Part shown: piece after piece, positions 37,233 to 50,462 of the stretch
Numbering within the stretch: position 1 is the first letter of the stretch
Layout of the letters: every line of letters starts with the position of its first letter
From: Octopus bimaculoides
Lineage: Eukaryota
DNA length: 64,000 nt
Assembly (NCBI RefSeq): GCF_001194135.2
Contig: NC_068984.1
Span: 118,286,056 to 118,350,055, forward strand
Direction: 5' to 3'
Translations under genes and position numbers: made by a program
Notes under the pieces: generated by a model
The model's input: the letters and a program-made list of their open reading frames with translations, nothing else
Told to the model about the DNA's origin: nothing
Databases searched by the model: none

Positions 37233-37281
37233 CTTTGAGACACCACGCTGTTTCGACTTGGTTGTACCTCTTCAGTCAGAG
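37233..37281 (-). ncRNA. Type I hammerhead ribozyme candidate with canonical core
   Basis: CTCTGA-CTGAAGA-GGTacaaccaaGTC-GAAACA-gcgtgg-TGTC-TCAAAG. Stem I 5/6, stem III 3 bp, GUC site; stem II is weak. Confidence 0.55.
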
Positions 37282-37851
37282 CTACCCGTGGATCAATTAG
37301 GATCTAGTTTATAGAAATCAGAAAACAATTACAGAAATTATTCACTGTGTGTGCTGATGCCTCCCATGCCAATAATAAACGCCGCATGCACAGAGAACAA
37401 CAAAAATGAAAACAACAGTCCTGATGATCTATTGCTGTGACACTGGAGCATCGGATAGAATTAATTACGATGTTTCTTCTTGATTCTTGACGTTCTGGGT
37501 TCGAATAACACCGGCGTCAACTATACTTTTCTTCTTTTCCAGGTCAATAAATAAAGTACGAGTGTTAGGCGCGGTCCTTTATTCTTCTAGTTGTTATTTC
37601 CTGAAGGATTTCACTGAATCTAGGGTGGCAGCGGTGAGTGATTGTTTGTGTCTGCTCACGAGTACTCAGGCGCCTAAAACAATTAATGAAAGCACGGTAC
37701 ATACTGATATTAAACTACCCTTGATTTTGAATGCTGGCTCTAGTAGTAGTAGTAGCAGTAGTAGCTGTTTTTGTCGTGGAGAGGTGGTGGTAGTGTTGAT
37801 GGTAATGTTGGCACTGCAGCTGCTGAAGACTGTATTATCATTATTATTATA

Positions 37852-37887
<36 letters not shown>

Positions 37888-38696
37888 TCGTTTTATGGAT
37901 TGTTCAGTTTTACGTATTCTATTATATTTTACATATTTTAACAACTGTATTATTTCACATAACATACGTACGAACAATCTTCAGTAAAAAAGGAAAATTC
38001 AACTGCCAATTTGGGTAGAACTGTATTCTATTGAAATTTTCAGTATGTGTATTCTTTAAGTTTACGCTAGAACCACAATGAGCTGAAACTAGAACATCGA
38101 TATTGATTAGACAATATAGATATCAAGTGGTATATGTTTGGTAGGAACGCAGGTGATCGAACGAAAAATAGATTTTAGAGGTTTTTTAATATATGATTAT
38201 TTGTAAAATCTAATCGTTAATTCTAGTGATGTTTCGCTTGCAGTATATACTATTTCCGAAGAGAGGGTGAATTGTACAAGGATCTACTATTGTTGTTGTT
38301 CAGTTTGTTTGCTTTTGTTTTCCACTAAAATGCATCGTTTTCAGAACTTGTCGTGACTAAGAGCAATTTCAATGGTCATCTATAAGTGGTGAGTTAAGTT
38401 TGAACTTAAAAGCTTTATTTTGGTACATATTTGTTAAATCCTTTTGCTATCATATTTGTGTTGAATATTCTGCCTTTTTAAAATTAATTTTGAAACTAAT
38501 GAAGAATATTTGGAAAAGAATATTTGAAGGACTTATGTTACCCCTCCCGAAAGTAAAGAAACAATAAGAAGAGTGCGACTGTTATCGAATGAACAATATT
38601 TCGATACTGCGTTTGTCTTCCACAAATTCAAAATCATCATATATATATAAATGCATATGTTTATATACATATATATATAAATGCATATATATGTAA

Positions 38697-38758
<62 letters not shown>

Positions 38759-40192
38759 ATGTGTGTGTGTGTGTGTGTATATAAATACTTGTACACACAC
38801 ACACACACACATATATATATATTGCATGCTTATGATTCGTTTTGGAAAATATCTCCTGTAATGAAACTGTAATATCACGTACATACACATATGCATGTAT
38901 GAATCCAAATACACACGAATTTACATTTACGCACGTATCGGCAAAAAAATGAGAGAAACAAACACATGTATTGACAGACTGAAACATGCATTTATACAAA
39001 ACAAAAATACATACAAACATCGTGTATTTAATATTCCGATAACCTCTTCCTCGCATATTTCATCGTTTATTCAAAATCATCTCATATAAATAGACGCTGG
39101 AGGCAAAAACTGATTTTGAAATTATTATTTTGTATTTACATTCTACACTAACACCTGTTATTGACAAGGTGGAGTTAATTATCTCAAAACCGTGTCACAA
39201 TGACATTGTCATTTGCAACGAAGCAAAATGTATTCACTATCCGCATTACCGAAAACATTATAAAAAGCATTAAACGTAACATTCAAATCAGAGCTGTTCA
39301 GGTTAAATCTATTCAGATCAGATCTTATATTCAGAGCATATTTATTTCAAGAGTAAGATGATAAAGTTTGAATGATAGTCTCATAACTATTCCTTGCTAA
39401 CATTAAAATAGGGTGAACAAAAAATGAAACGATGAGTGGTGGGGAGTTTCTAAGGCCTACCTCAAAAAGATGCTTTCAATTTTAGCTCTACAAGTTGAAT
39501 ATTACGATAAATTTATCATAATTCTGAACAACTCTATAAATGGGACGGCAAGATATATGAAGATATATTCGTAAAATGATAGTAATTTTTTAGAGATGTC
39601 ATGCATGTGATTTGATATGAGACTATATCTTAAAACTAAAACAATTGCAGCGTGGGAAACTCATGTTAGACATACAGAAACACAAAAACTGTTAACTTCT
39701 CTTAAATATTTATTGTTTGTAAAATGGTGTCAAAATTTTCGTCACTCGAAACTGCGACCTGATTGCTGTAAACGTTACGTTGAAATATAATATTTCCAGT
39801 GACCAGTAAGTTTCAACGTCGGCAAATTACCAGAAATATGAGGGAGGTGTACAATCGATTATATTCAGATGTGGAAAGTTTGTTTGACGAAATATTGTTG
39901 CTATTAAATTGTAATTCATAGCAAAGTAAGATCTTAGGGTATGCATAGATAGTTGTGAGAGTTTGATAAACGGTTGTATAACTGAAAAAGAATGTGTAAC
40001 AAAAAAAGGATATAGGGTATAATCACAGGTTCATAACTTTTTAGTAGTGGGCTAAATATTTTGGCCTAGTGCTATAAAAATTGTTAAGGACAGTTCGCCA
40101 AAGTATTAGTGGACCTGCAACAAATATAAAATATTGACCAATGTTCGGGATAATCGTAACCTTATAGTATTCATTATTAACACTGAGAAATT

Positions 40193-40625
40193 AAGGTGTC
40201 AAGCTGGCAGTATCGGGCAAACTACTTAGCAGTAATTCATCTGCCGCTACTTTCTGAGTTCAAATTCCGCCAAGTCGACTTTGCTTTCATCATTTCGAAG
40301 TCGATAAATTAAGTACCATTGAAACACTGGGTCGATGTTATCGATTAGTCCCCTCCCACAAATATCTGACTTTGTGCTTATAGTAGAAAGGATTATTAAC
40401 ACTGAGAAAGGCGGTGAGCTGGCAGAATCGTTAGCACGCTGGGCAAAATGCTTGGCGGCATTTCGTCCGTCTTTACGGTCTGAGTTCAAATTCCACCGAG
40501 ATCGACTTCGCCTTTCATCCTTTCAGGGTCGATAAATTAAGTACCAGTTACGCACTGGGGGTTGATGTAATCGACTTGCACCCTCACCTCAAATTTCAGG
40601 CCTTTTGTCTATTGTAGAAAGGGTC
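40193..40625 (+). mobile_element. Head-to-tail tandem pair of SINE family B
   Basis: Two copies, each preceded by TTAACACTGAGAAA, with a third TTAACACTAAGAG after the second copy. Confidence 0.85.
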
Positions 40626-40749
40626 ATTAACACTAAGAGTGTCTGCTTTGCGGCTTGAAACTCTTTTGCTCTACTTGATAATATGATATTCCCTTTCTAC
40701 GTTTCAAAGTATATTTCTCAAAATATATTTTCCAAATATATTTAACTAT

Positions 40750-41070
40750 ATTTGTTGTCAACACACGCTGTGGCTAATGATGCGGAGACATGCACTGAGG
40801 CCATGACATCTCCAGCGTTTCCTTGACGGTGAGCAGATGTGGTCGACATTTGTCAGGCTCGCTCGTCCACAGGTCGTCTCTTTGGTTGAACTACAGCAAT
40901 GGATGAAGTGCAGACGGAGGCAGGGTACCTGGCACCTAGAGTGTCGTCGGGAGCTCACAACCTTCTGCCAGTCAGCAATGCGGTCGGTGGAAGTTTCACT
41001 TTGGAATTCTATACAGAGTTAGTGGCAGGAAAGTACGAGTCGTGCTCGAGGAAATGCTGGACATCCACAA
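40750..41070 (-). mobile_element. Possible CR1/L2-group LINE 3' remnant
   Basis: GC-rich island; DSYFPATNSV*NS resembles the SFFPRT..WNSLP motif. Confidence 0.3.
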
Positions 41071-41407
41071 AAATCAATTAATTGGTCTTTTCCGGAAGCC
41101 CTTTGGAGTGACTTTGCAGTCCATCTTTTCAAAATTGATAAAATAAGGACCAGTTGAATACTGGGGTCCATGTAACCGGTTAACCCCCTTCCCTCTAAAA
41201 TTGCTGGTTTTGTTCCAAAATTTGAAACAACTATTATTACTGTTGTTGTTGCCACTGCTAGTGTTGTTGCTGTTGCTATTTTGTTGTTGTTGTTGTTGTT
41301 TTGTTATCTCGATGCCAACAATCATTGACAAAATAACAGCGGCTAAATTTAGATATCTACGAAGTTTCAGTCAAGATATTGGCAACAGTTAGATCCGCTA
41401 CTTGATA

Positions 41408-41455
<48 letters not shown>

Positions 41456-41893
41456 GCTTAGGGAGAAAATATGGAAATATAAATAACTTGTAATAGGTTG
41501 AGGAAAATCGACGGCATGATGAAAGAATATAGCGTTGATGAAAGATACGGTAAACTAGAACTGTAAAAGAAAAAATATATATACATTATTGTAGAACGAA
41601 GCAGTTAAGATTGCACCGGTATAAAACACATGCTTACAATCTCTGATTTCAATAAGGCACTGACGTAAGCGATTGAAATAAGAGCTTAAGCGTGTCATTC
41701 CTCGCCGCCATTACGTTTACGTATACATGCACACGCACACAAATACAAACACACAAACACAAACACACTCATATACACACACACACACACAAACACATGC
41801 GCGCGCATACACCTATACGTATATGTGTGTATGCATACATCAATGTATATATATATATATATGAATTTGTGTGTGTGTATATATATACATAGT

Positions 41894-41925
<32 letters not shown>

Positions 41926-42329
41926 CATAAACTCATATGTATATATATACATTCATATATACACACGTGTGGATATATACATGCATACATACATACATAA
42001 CATGTTCCGGTTGGTGATTTCAGTTATCCTAAATACCACTGACCATTGCAAACAGCCGTAGAATTTTAAACGCAGTCTTTTGTTTTACTTAGCTTTTGTT
42101 TTCTTGTTTTTTTATTATTTTCACATATGCTGTGTTTTGCTTGATTGTATGGTTGTCTGTTTGTTTGTTTGTTTGTTTGTTTGTTTTATCATATTAAGTT
42201 CGAATACTATCATGGTTAGATTCCGATCTTCTATGGTTGATGTTAAAATTGAAGCAATAGACTGGTAAAGTTCTCTTATGAGTGTCTCCAAAGACAGCGG
42301 GTTCAGAACTATTGTTTTTCTTTTATCGC

Positions 42330-42715
42330 TTTACTTGTTTCAATCACTGGTTCGTGGCCATACTATAGCAGTATCTTGAAGAATATAGTCAGGCAAATTT
42401 AACCTCCACCCATCAATACTTAATTTCGTTTAAATCTGGCGGTTATTGTTAAACTCTTTTTGTCGAATCGTTAAGTTAATGGGACTTAAACAACACTACA
42501 GAGGCGCGCTCATACGCACGCTCGCACACACACATACACACACATGCACGTATACGACAGGCTTCAACACAGTTTTCGTCTACCAAATTCATCCACAAGG
42601 AATTGATCAAACAGAGGTTATAAAGGAAGACAGTAAACAGTTGCTCAAGGTGCTGCGTTGTGAAACTGAACTCCAAACCACGTGGTTGCGAAGCGAACTT
42701 GTTCACCCCACAGTT
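42330..42715 (-). mobile_element. SINE family C, degenerate
   Basis: Similarity to other copies in the window. Confidence 0.7.
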
Positions 42716-43204
42716 ACGTCTGAGCCAATTTAAATATTTGTATATGGAACATAATAATCAGAGTTTGTTATACAAATACAGACTTGATGACGGCGTACTT
42801 TATAAAATGTATTCATATTGGTTTGCATACGCTCAGTTATAATTTTAGTATTGAGCATTCCTCACATCTGGCTTTACGTTCTGGTTTCAAATTCCGCCGA
42901 GGTCGACTTTGTCTTTCATCCTTTTGAGGTCGATAAAATAAGTACCATTTCAGCACTGGGGCCGATGTAATCGACCTTATCTCCTCCCCAAAGTTGCTGA
43001 CCATGAGCCAAAATTTGAACTCAATTTTGAGTGTTCTTTCTAAAAGAAAACCTCTAGCGATTCTCCTGTGTCATAAAGGCACCGACATAACCGAGTAATT
43101 TCTACCAACATTATTTTCATAATTGCTTCCTATTTAGAACCACAGAAAGCTTATCTTTTTAAGACTTAAATCTGGTTGATTTCTCAGCTCACTCGCTGAT
43201 AATA

Positions 43205-43525
43205 GTGAAGGCGCATTTCTCAGTGACTAGAACGTCGGACTCACAATCACGAAGTAGTGAGGTCGATTCCCGGTCCGAGCTGTGTGTGTTGTGTTCTTGA
43301 GCAAAACACTTTATTTCATGTTGCTCCAGTTCGCTCAGCTGTAGAAATGAGTTGCGACGTCACTGGTGCCACGTTGTATTGGCCTTCGCCAATCGGTGAC
43401 GTGGAGAGAGGCGGGGTTGGTATTCATGGGCGACTGCTGGTCTTTCATAAACAATTTTGCCCGGACTTTGCCTAGGTGGGTAACTTTCTAGACGCAATAC
43501 CAAAGGGAGTCTTTGCGCTTTACCC
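43205..43525 (+). mobile_element. SINE family A1
   Basis: Similarity to other copies in the window. Confidence 0.8.
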
Positions 43526-43827
43526 ACTGATCATATCAGATGACCTCTGATTAAAGCTTGAGGCCACAAGAATGAGATAAGAGAGAATTTATAAATTTAT
43601 TTTAACATATATCTCCGATATTGATTTACCAATATACTTTGTATGAACAAATCTATATTATGTTCATGTTTATTTACATATTGCGCTTTGTCCTTTGTTT
43701 CCGATATCAGAGACAAGATATATCAGTCGAGCTGAGGCTGTATTTTGAAAGATAGTTTTATTTTTGATACATACATACATATATATATGTGTGTGTGTGT
43801 TTGTGTGTGTGTGTGTGCGTGTGCGTG

Positions 43828-43869
<42 letters not shown>

Positions 43870-43953
43870 TGCATACATTCATATACAGTATATAAACACA
43901 AATATATATATATATATATACACACATACACATCCATGTATATATATATATAA

Positions 43954-44003
<50 letters not shown>

Positions 44004-44135
44004 GCATATACGTATACATATGCATTTGTATATGAACACACGCATATATATATCCATACATACATACATTTATACAGACATTCACATATGCATGTATTTG
44101 CGCGCGCGCGCGTTTGTGTGTGCGTATGTGTGTGT

Positions 44136-44186
<51 letters not shown>

Positions 44187-46096
44187 TTGAAATCCTGTCG
44201 TTATTGTCTTTGCTTTTTATTCCTCTAGGCTCATTCGACTATACTATTCCAATACAAATGTTTGCTATTCTATTGGTTAGACATTAATGCTGATGTATGA
44301 GCGTGTCTTTGTAAATATATGTGTGTGTGAACGTGTGTAAGTATGTGTGTATGTATGTATGTGTGTGCGCGTATTTTTCCGTCAATGAACATTATGTGAC
44401 TCCATTATAATCCAAAATTGATATCAATTCAAAATACCAGACATTTATGAAAAGACGCTGTTAGGTTTCGGTAGACATGAAGTCAAAGTTTAAAAAAAAC
44501 AAAAGACAATGGAGGAAAGTACACTCACTGACTGCCAAGAACGAAAACACGTCAGCTATAAGTCATTTGAAAAAAAAAAAAAGATATTCTGGACGAATGC
44601 TACTATTAAGATTATGATCTGGCTACAAGATGGCAGAATGTCAGAATGTATGATTGTAAACAGTAACATGTTCTCAAGAAAACAACTGCTTTGAAACATT
44701 GTTGGCATAATTGAAGTTTACCAAATCAAAGTGTAGTGAAAGTTGTTTTGGTTGAACTAACGAAAGCATGTGACTACACACTTACTCACTCCCTCACTCA
44801 TTTATTCTTCTAATCATCCATATCATTTGTGTCTTCCTTTTCATTCTCCTTTCAGTGATGATAATGCGAATGTTACTCGTTTTCTCTTGTAATTTTGAAG
44901 TTTTCTATCTGTTAGATATTATCCTGGAACCTTTGTCATTGAATCCACGCGCAGAGAAATCGAGATCGGAATGGATTCCTTTGCATAATTGGTTTATTGT
45001 AAGAAAAGCTGTTATCAGTTATTTTTCTTTGTTGCACTTATATATATCATTCTTTTAGATCTAATGAAATTGTATTGATATCTGACTTTACAAGCAATCA
45101 TTCGATCCGAAGAATAAATATATTGAAGATACATTTAGAAATACTGTATGCTATTACATAAAAGATACGATGAAAAAGAATGCGAAAAATAGTACAATGT
45201 AAAATACAAAAGAATCATGTAAATCGGAACTAGGAGAGCAACAGGCAAACCAATAAATTATGGAATTAACGGATAATGTTAGTCTGTCATATAATCTAAA
45301 CTGATTTCTCTAAAAGTTAAAAGTATTGCCATCTCTTGTAACAGCCTTGGATGTTCTAGGCCAGAGGATTTAATGCAAACTGAGAAGAAAAGTAGCTAAA
45401 TCGATGATTGAAAGATTGGGAAGTCATTTAAAACATAATCGGTAGGAGTAAACCGAACATTATTGCCTGGAATATAGCCGATATTTAAGGGTGGGGATAG
45501 ACTAAACATTATCGCCTGAAATGTATGTTTTATGTACGGGTGGAGAAAGCAAAAACGCACGAAATTGTATGAGGTTGGAAGTGTTTTTAACGATCTTTTC
45601 TCTGGAATGCAGTTATTTCAGATATTGTTGTGCCACTTCGTCGTCGTTGCCGTCGTTGTTGTTATTGTTTAACCCTAGGTTTGATCAGACCTATGGTCAA
45701 AGGTATTCCAGTAATTACCTCACATTACTTATTCAGGCAATGTCTATCTTGGGCTACATTATTTAACGAGTCTTTCATATTTATGATCCCTTTACCTCTT
45801 GTTATATCCTTATGGATAAACGAATACACTGCAACAATGTAATAACAATATAATTGAAACAAAACAACGGCAGTAACCGCACGTAACGTAACAACAATCT
45901 TTTAGGAGCCAACAATCATATACGCTATTCGAACTGTAAGCTTTGAACTATCAACACACGACGAACTACCTCACTTACTCAGACCACTACTATTTATATG
46001 CAATGGTCCAGTCCATTCTCGCCAGAGGGCGTCGTACTCTCACACAACATCCCCCATTTTGAGATTTCGTGTTCCAAAGGAATTAAGAAATATCCA

Positions 46097-46132
<36 letters not shown>

Positions 46133-46620
46133 TATGTATATATAAAGGAGACCACTAGGTGGACTGTTAATGTGCTAGAAGAAGATCGCATGTAATGTGT
46201 CTATTAAGACCGAATTGTTCTCAAGGGAAATTTAGTGAAGTAACAAAAACGTATACGGGCAAGACAAGAGAAAATTACATAGATATATACACTTACCTAT
46301 AAACTAGTTTCGAAATTAATATTTTCTTACCGAAAATATCTGTTTCTCATCAGTACAGGCCGCTAAACAAATATAATTCTCAGAATCGCATACTAGTTGT
46401 TCCCCACGAATGGAGCACGTGTACACGGTTCTGTTAATTATATTTATGGTAAGATTCAAAAGTCTTCGTTTTGGCGCGCTAAATCCGGAAGTATCTCTGC
46501 AGAAAATGTTATCTGCATCGAATATACTAACTTTGAGAACGTGGTTATGGTTTCGCTGTTTTACGTAATCTCAGTTTACCAATTTTTTTCTAAGTATCCG
46601 CATTTATAATCGAGATGTCA

Positions 46621-47570
46621 CTACTTGTGTCTTGTTCTACAGTGAGAGCTCCTGTGTCCTAGCTTCTGACAATTATAGCACTTTTCATTTTTAAACGGAC
46701 AATCCTTTTTGTAGTGTAGGTCTCCACAACCATAACACGGATTGGGCCTCACACTTATTTTTTTATTGTGCTTCCCGGGACGACACATTTGAATTTTTGC
46801 AGTCTTTATCTTGTATTTTTTCACATCATGTTTAAGATTTACCATAGTCTGACATTCTTCTGCGATGGTCTGTAGAGATAAATCTTGGTTCGCTTGCTCC
46901 ATTTTCGAGAGAATTCTTGCCCGAATTTCTCTATCTTCAGGCCTTTACACGAAGTCCTTGCTATAAGTCCTTGCACGAAGATATATGATTTGAACATACC
47001 TTGTGTGAGATTCTGGAGTTTGAAATCTTCACACATACTGCTGACTACTCCGGCGTAGGTGACAAAATCTTTTTCTTCATTTTTTTGTTAAGTTCCAACA
47101 CTCCATTCCGGTGTTGAATAATGAACTTCTGTCGTCAAATTTTTTTAAAAGCAGTTCCTCGGTTTCTTGGAAACCAATCTCACTCGACATTTTGAGCAGA
47201 ATAATGTTACAGTAACGCTCATGTTCGACGGGAGCTACCTTGCGTAGTAAAAGCCTTATTTTCTGCTCTCCCGACCATGACTTGCACTCGTTGTTAAAAA
47301 TTTCCTTGTATCTTCCATAATACGCGGGAAACGTAATACCCTTCTCCGGATTATAAGTAAATTCAGAAGTTGCGTTGGCCACGCCTTTTGGTGTAAACGA
47401 GCTTAATAAATTTTCGGACTTTGCCGACTGTAACTCAATTAATTGTTATTGTTGTTGTATTTGTTTTTGCAGCTCTTATAGTTGTTCCTGTTGCTTTTCT
47501 TGAAGCTATACTACTGCGGCTAATAGGTTTTCCATGACTCAGAAATTTTCAAATAATCAATATGAGTTTC
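46621..47570 (-). pseudogene. gag: Retroelement gag, frameshifted
   Basis: Coiled-coil N-terminus, FTYNPEKGITFPAYYGRY..KIRLLLRK, and two Zn knuckles CYGCGDLHYKKDC / CYNCQKLGHRSSHC. Confidence 0.85.
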
Positions 47571-47725
47571 GAACGATCCTTGTCGCCAGAAGTTATATCC
47601 TTATGGATAAACGAATACACTGCAACAGAGTAATAACAATATAATTGGAACAAACGACAGTAACCACAAGTAACGTAACAACAATCGAACTGTAAACTTT
47701 GAATTCCAACTTTGAACTATCAACA

Positions 47726-48388
47726 ACTCTCTTTATCTTGGCACTACGGCCACTACACAGAGGGGGACATTACAAGGACAGACAATACAGTACAAAACGT
47801 GGGGTACATTTAACGAATGAAAACATGAATTATTAAAATGAAAAGGATGAAATGACTTACGAGTCCCCCAAAACTCGCAGTTTCATTTTACCGTTCTGTT
47901 TATACAGTCTTTTAATTCCCGTCTTCATCTGTTATAAGTTCGGTTACNNNNNNNNNNNNNNNNNNNNNNNNNNNNNNNNNNNNNNNNNNNNNNNNNNNNN
48001 NNNNNNNNNNNNNNNNNNNNNNNNNNNNNNNNNNNNNNNNNNNNNNNNNNNNNNNNNNNNNNNNNNNNNNNNNNNNNNNNNNNNNNNNNNNNNNNNNNNN
48101 NNNNNNNNNNNNNNNNNNNNNNNNNNGCACTACGGCCACTACACAGAGGGGGACATTACAAGGACAGACAATACAGTACAAAACGTGGGGTACATTTAAC
48201 GAATGAAAACATGAATTATTAAAATGAAAAGGATGAAATGGCTTACGAGTCCCCCAAAACTCGCAGTTTCATTTTACCGTTCTGTTTATACAGTCTTTTA
48301 ATTCCCGTCTTCATCTGTTATAAGTTCGGTTACACTAGGCAGACTCTCGTATCGAACAAATATTCTACTGTTCGTAATTATATCTGGG
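47726..48388 (-). mobile_element. About 277-bp 5'-truncated non-LTR 3' end inserted in the 5' LTR (apparent length inflated by a gap and duplicated overlap)
   Basis: 17-bp TSD ACTTTGAAC(T/C)ATCAACA at 47709-47725 and 48389-48405; absent from the other LTR. Confidence 0.8.
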
Positions 48389-49855
48389 ACTTTGAACCAT
48401 CAACACACGAACTACTCAGACCGCTACTATCTATATGTAAAGGTCCAGTCCATTGTCGCCAGGGTGTGTCGTACTCTCGCACAACACCTCTCTTTTCTAC
48501 TTTCCCTCTTCACGACATTAGGTGAGCCTCCCGAACACCGTTAGCACTTGACCAAGCACCTTCACACTCACATTCAACTACTGCGCTGTAGAAGTTCTTT
48601 TTCAGATTCTCTGGGAACTTTGATTTCCACTATAAAGACTCAGTATAAAATGATAAATCAGGGAATTTGAAAATTAACTTCTTTTGGGCGTTGATGGAAG
48701 TTGTATATTGAAGGTTCATGACCTAGTGGTTAGAGTGTTGGGCTGACGATCATAATGTCGTAGGTTCAATTCTTGATTCAAGCGGCGTGTTGTGTTCTTG
48801 AGCAAGGCACTTCGTTTCACGTCTCTCTTAGCTGAAAATTAATACCAGCTGAGTGTTGATGCAGCTCTCTCTCTCTTTCTCTTTCTCTTTCTCACTTTCT
48901 CTTTCTCTTTCCCGCTCTCTCTTCCTCTCTTTCCCTCTTTTCCCCTCTCTCTCTCTCTAGCTTCCACACCCTGCATGTGCCACTAGATCAAAGAATGTGT
49001 GAGACTAAAGAGCGTATCTATATCTGCGTGCGACATCATAGGCAACTTAAACAATTAGCGAAAGCATTGTACAGGCTTCCAGTTCATAATCGTTTCACCA
49101 GTGACAGCTAACTCTAATGAATCTTTGTTACTTTATGGCTCTTCCACCTAGAGATTGACTTTAATCCTTAAAACTATTCGTTAATTAGTTAAATTAAATA
49201 AATGACATTGAGGAATTTCTCAAGGATGCCTTCTGCACGTTTCGACGCATAAGAGGACTTCAGCATTGACGTATCTTCTCTGCATTAAAGCAGCCTCTTT
49301 TGTTTCTATGTCTGGTTTCTAGTCCACTCAGCTGGCAAAAAGGAATAATACCTATGATGATGATGATGATGATGATGATGATCTTGGTTTTTTATTGACC
49401 ACAAAGTCTCAAAACATTGAAGAGCATATCACAGGGTGGAATACAACAAGTAAAAGTTGAGGTTTACATCAATCAGTAGGGAATCAACAGTAATTATGAT
49501 ATAACAAAAGATATAAAGATTGAAACAATAATTACAAGAGCGCACAGAGAGCGCAAATCTCCGCCAACGCAACAATAAAAAAGACCTCCCAACGATTAAC
49601 CGGAGATGATTTTTAAAATGAGAATATCTGAAAGAAAATCCTTCAATGAATATCATGAGACCTTTTAGTTTTCTCTTCTCTTAAATTCCGGTCTTCCTTT
49701 TGTGATCCTGTTGTTTTAGATCGATGTATAGTATTATGAATATATGTAAGTATACTGTAAACTGTTAAAATGTATGTATAATCTCAACAACAACAACAAC
49801 AACAACAACAACAGTAATAATAATAATAATAATAATAATCCTAATAATAATAATA

Positions 49856-50115
49856 AAGAAACAATTCCTATCATAGTAGGTGCCTTAGGTATAATAAAAA
49901 AATATTCAGACAAATACATAACAAAAACACCAGGACTTACAAATATATATAACATACAGAAAGTTGCACTACTGGGCACTGCACACATCCTACGCAAAAC
50001 ACTTTCAATACAGTAACCATAAAAGCACCACAGCAAACCACAGCACATACCCAAGGCGCACAGAGCTGCGCTCGGTAGTGAAGTGAAAGCACGTTATAAA
50101 AATAAAACTACTGAA
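49856..50115 (+). mobile_element. Short 5'-truncated Dong/R4 copy inside (AAT)n
   Basis: Near-identical to the 1-120 region (ETIPIIVGALGIIKKYSDKYI..ILRKTLSIQ*), with (AAT)n on both sides. Confidence 0.85.
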
Positions 50116-50139
50116 TAATAATAATAATGATGATAATAA

Positions 50140-50344
50140 TAATTTTGACACAAGATCAGTAAGTTCAGGCGAGGAGTTAAGTCAATTACATTGACTCCAG
50201 TAGTCAGCTTGAACTTAGTTTCCCGATCCCGAAAGGATGAAAACCAAAGTCGATTTCGGCGGAATTTGCACTAAGAACATAAAGACGGACGAAATGCTGC
50301 TAAGTATTCTGCCCGATGTGCTAATTATTCTGCCAGCTCACCGC

Positions 50345-50345
<1 letters not shown>
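50140..50345 (-). mobile_element. SINE family B
   Basis: Similarity to other copies in the window. Confidence 0.75.
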
Positions 50346-50388
<43 letters not shown>

Positions 50389-50462
50389 AACAACAACAAC
50401 AACAACAACAACAAGAGCACTCAGAGAGCGCAAACCTCCGCCAAGGCAACACCAACGTCCTG

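Larger units (their letters stand above)
37543..44988 (+). other. Speculative spliced transcript. Candidate exons 37543-37633, 38345-38388, 39800-39805, 44916-44988+
   Basis: Strong TTTTC(C)AG acceptors and GTGAGT/GTAAGT donors. The only ORF is short (MVIYKCDQYYPGTFVIESTRREIEIGMDSFA*). Confidence 0.2.
45800..48486 (-). mobile_element. Gypsy (Mag-like) LTR retrotransposon, gag-only internal-deletion derivative
   Basis: LTRs at 45800-46048 and 47592-48486 (TGTTG...TAAC). TSD CCTCT at 45795-45799 and 48487-48491. PBS TCTGGCGACAAGGATC just inside the 5' LTR; PPT AAAATGGGGGA before the 3' LTR. No pol domains seen. Confidence 0.9.

Noticed and set aside
47741-48333. Apparent 207-bp tandem duplication inside the LTR insert
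   Set aside because: Near-identical copies flank an N run; most likely an assembly or haplotype overlap.
49225-49270. Hammerhead-like CTGAAGT..GTCGAAACGTGCA on the minus strand
   Set aside because: The core is mutated, with no NUH site and no pairing stems.
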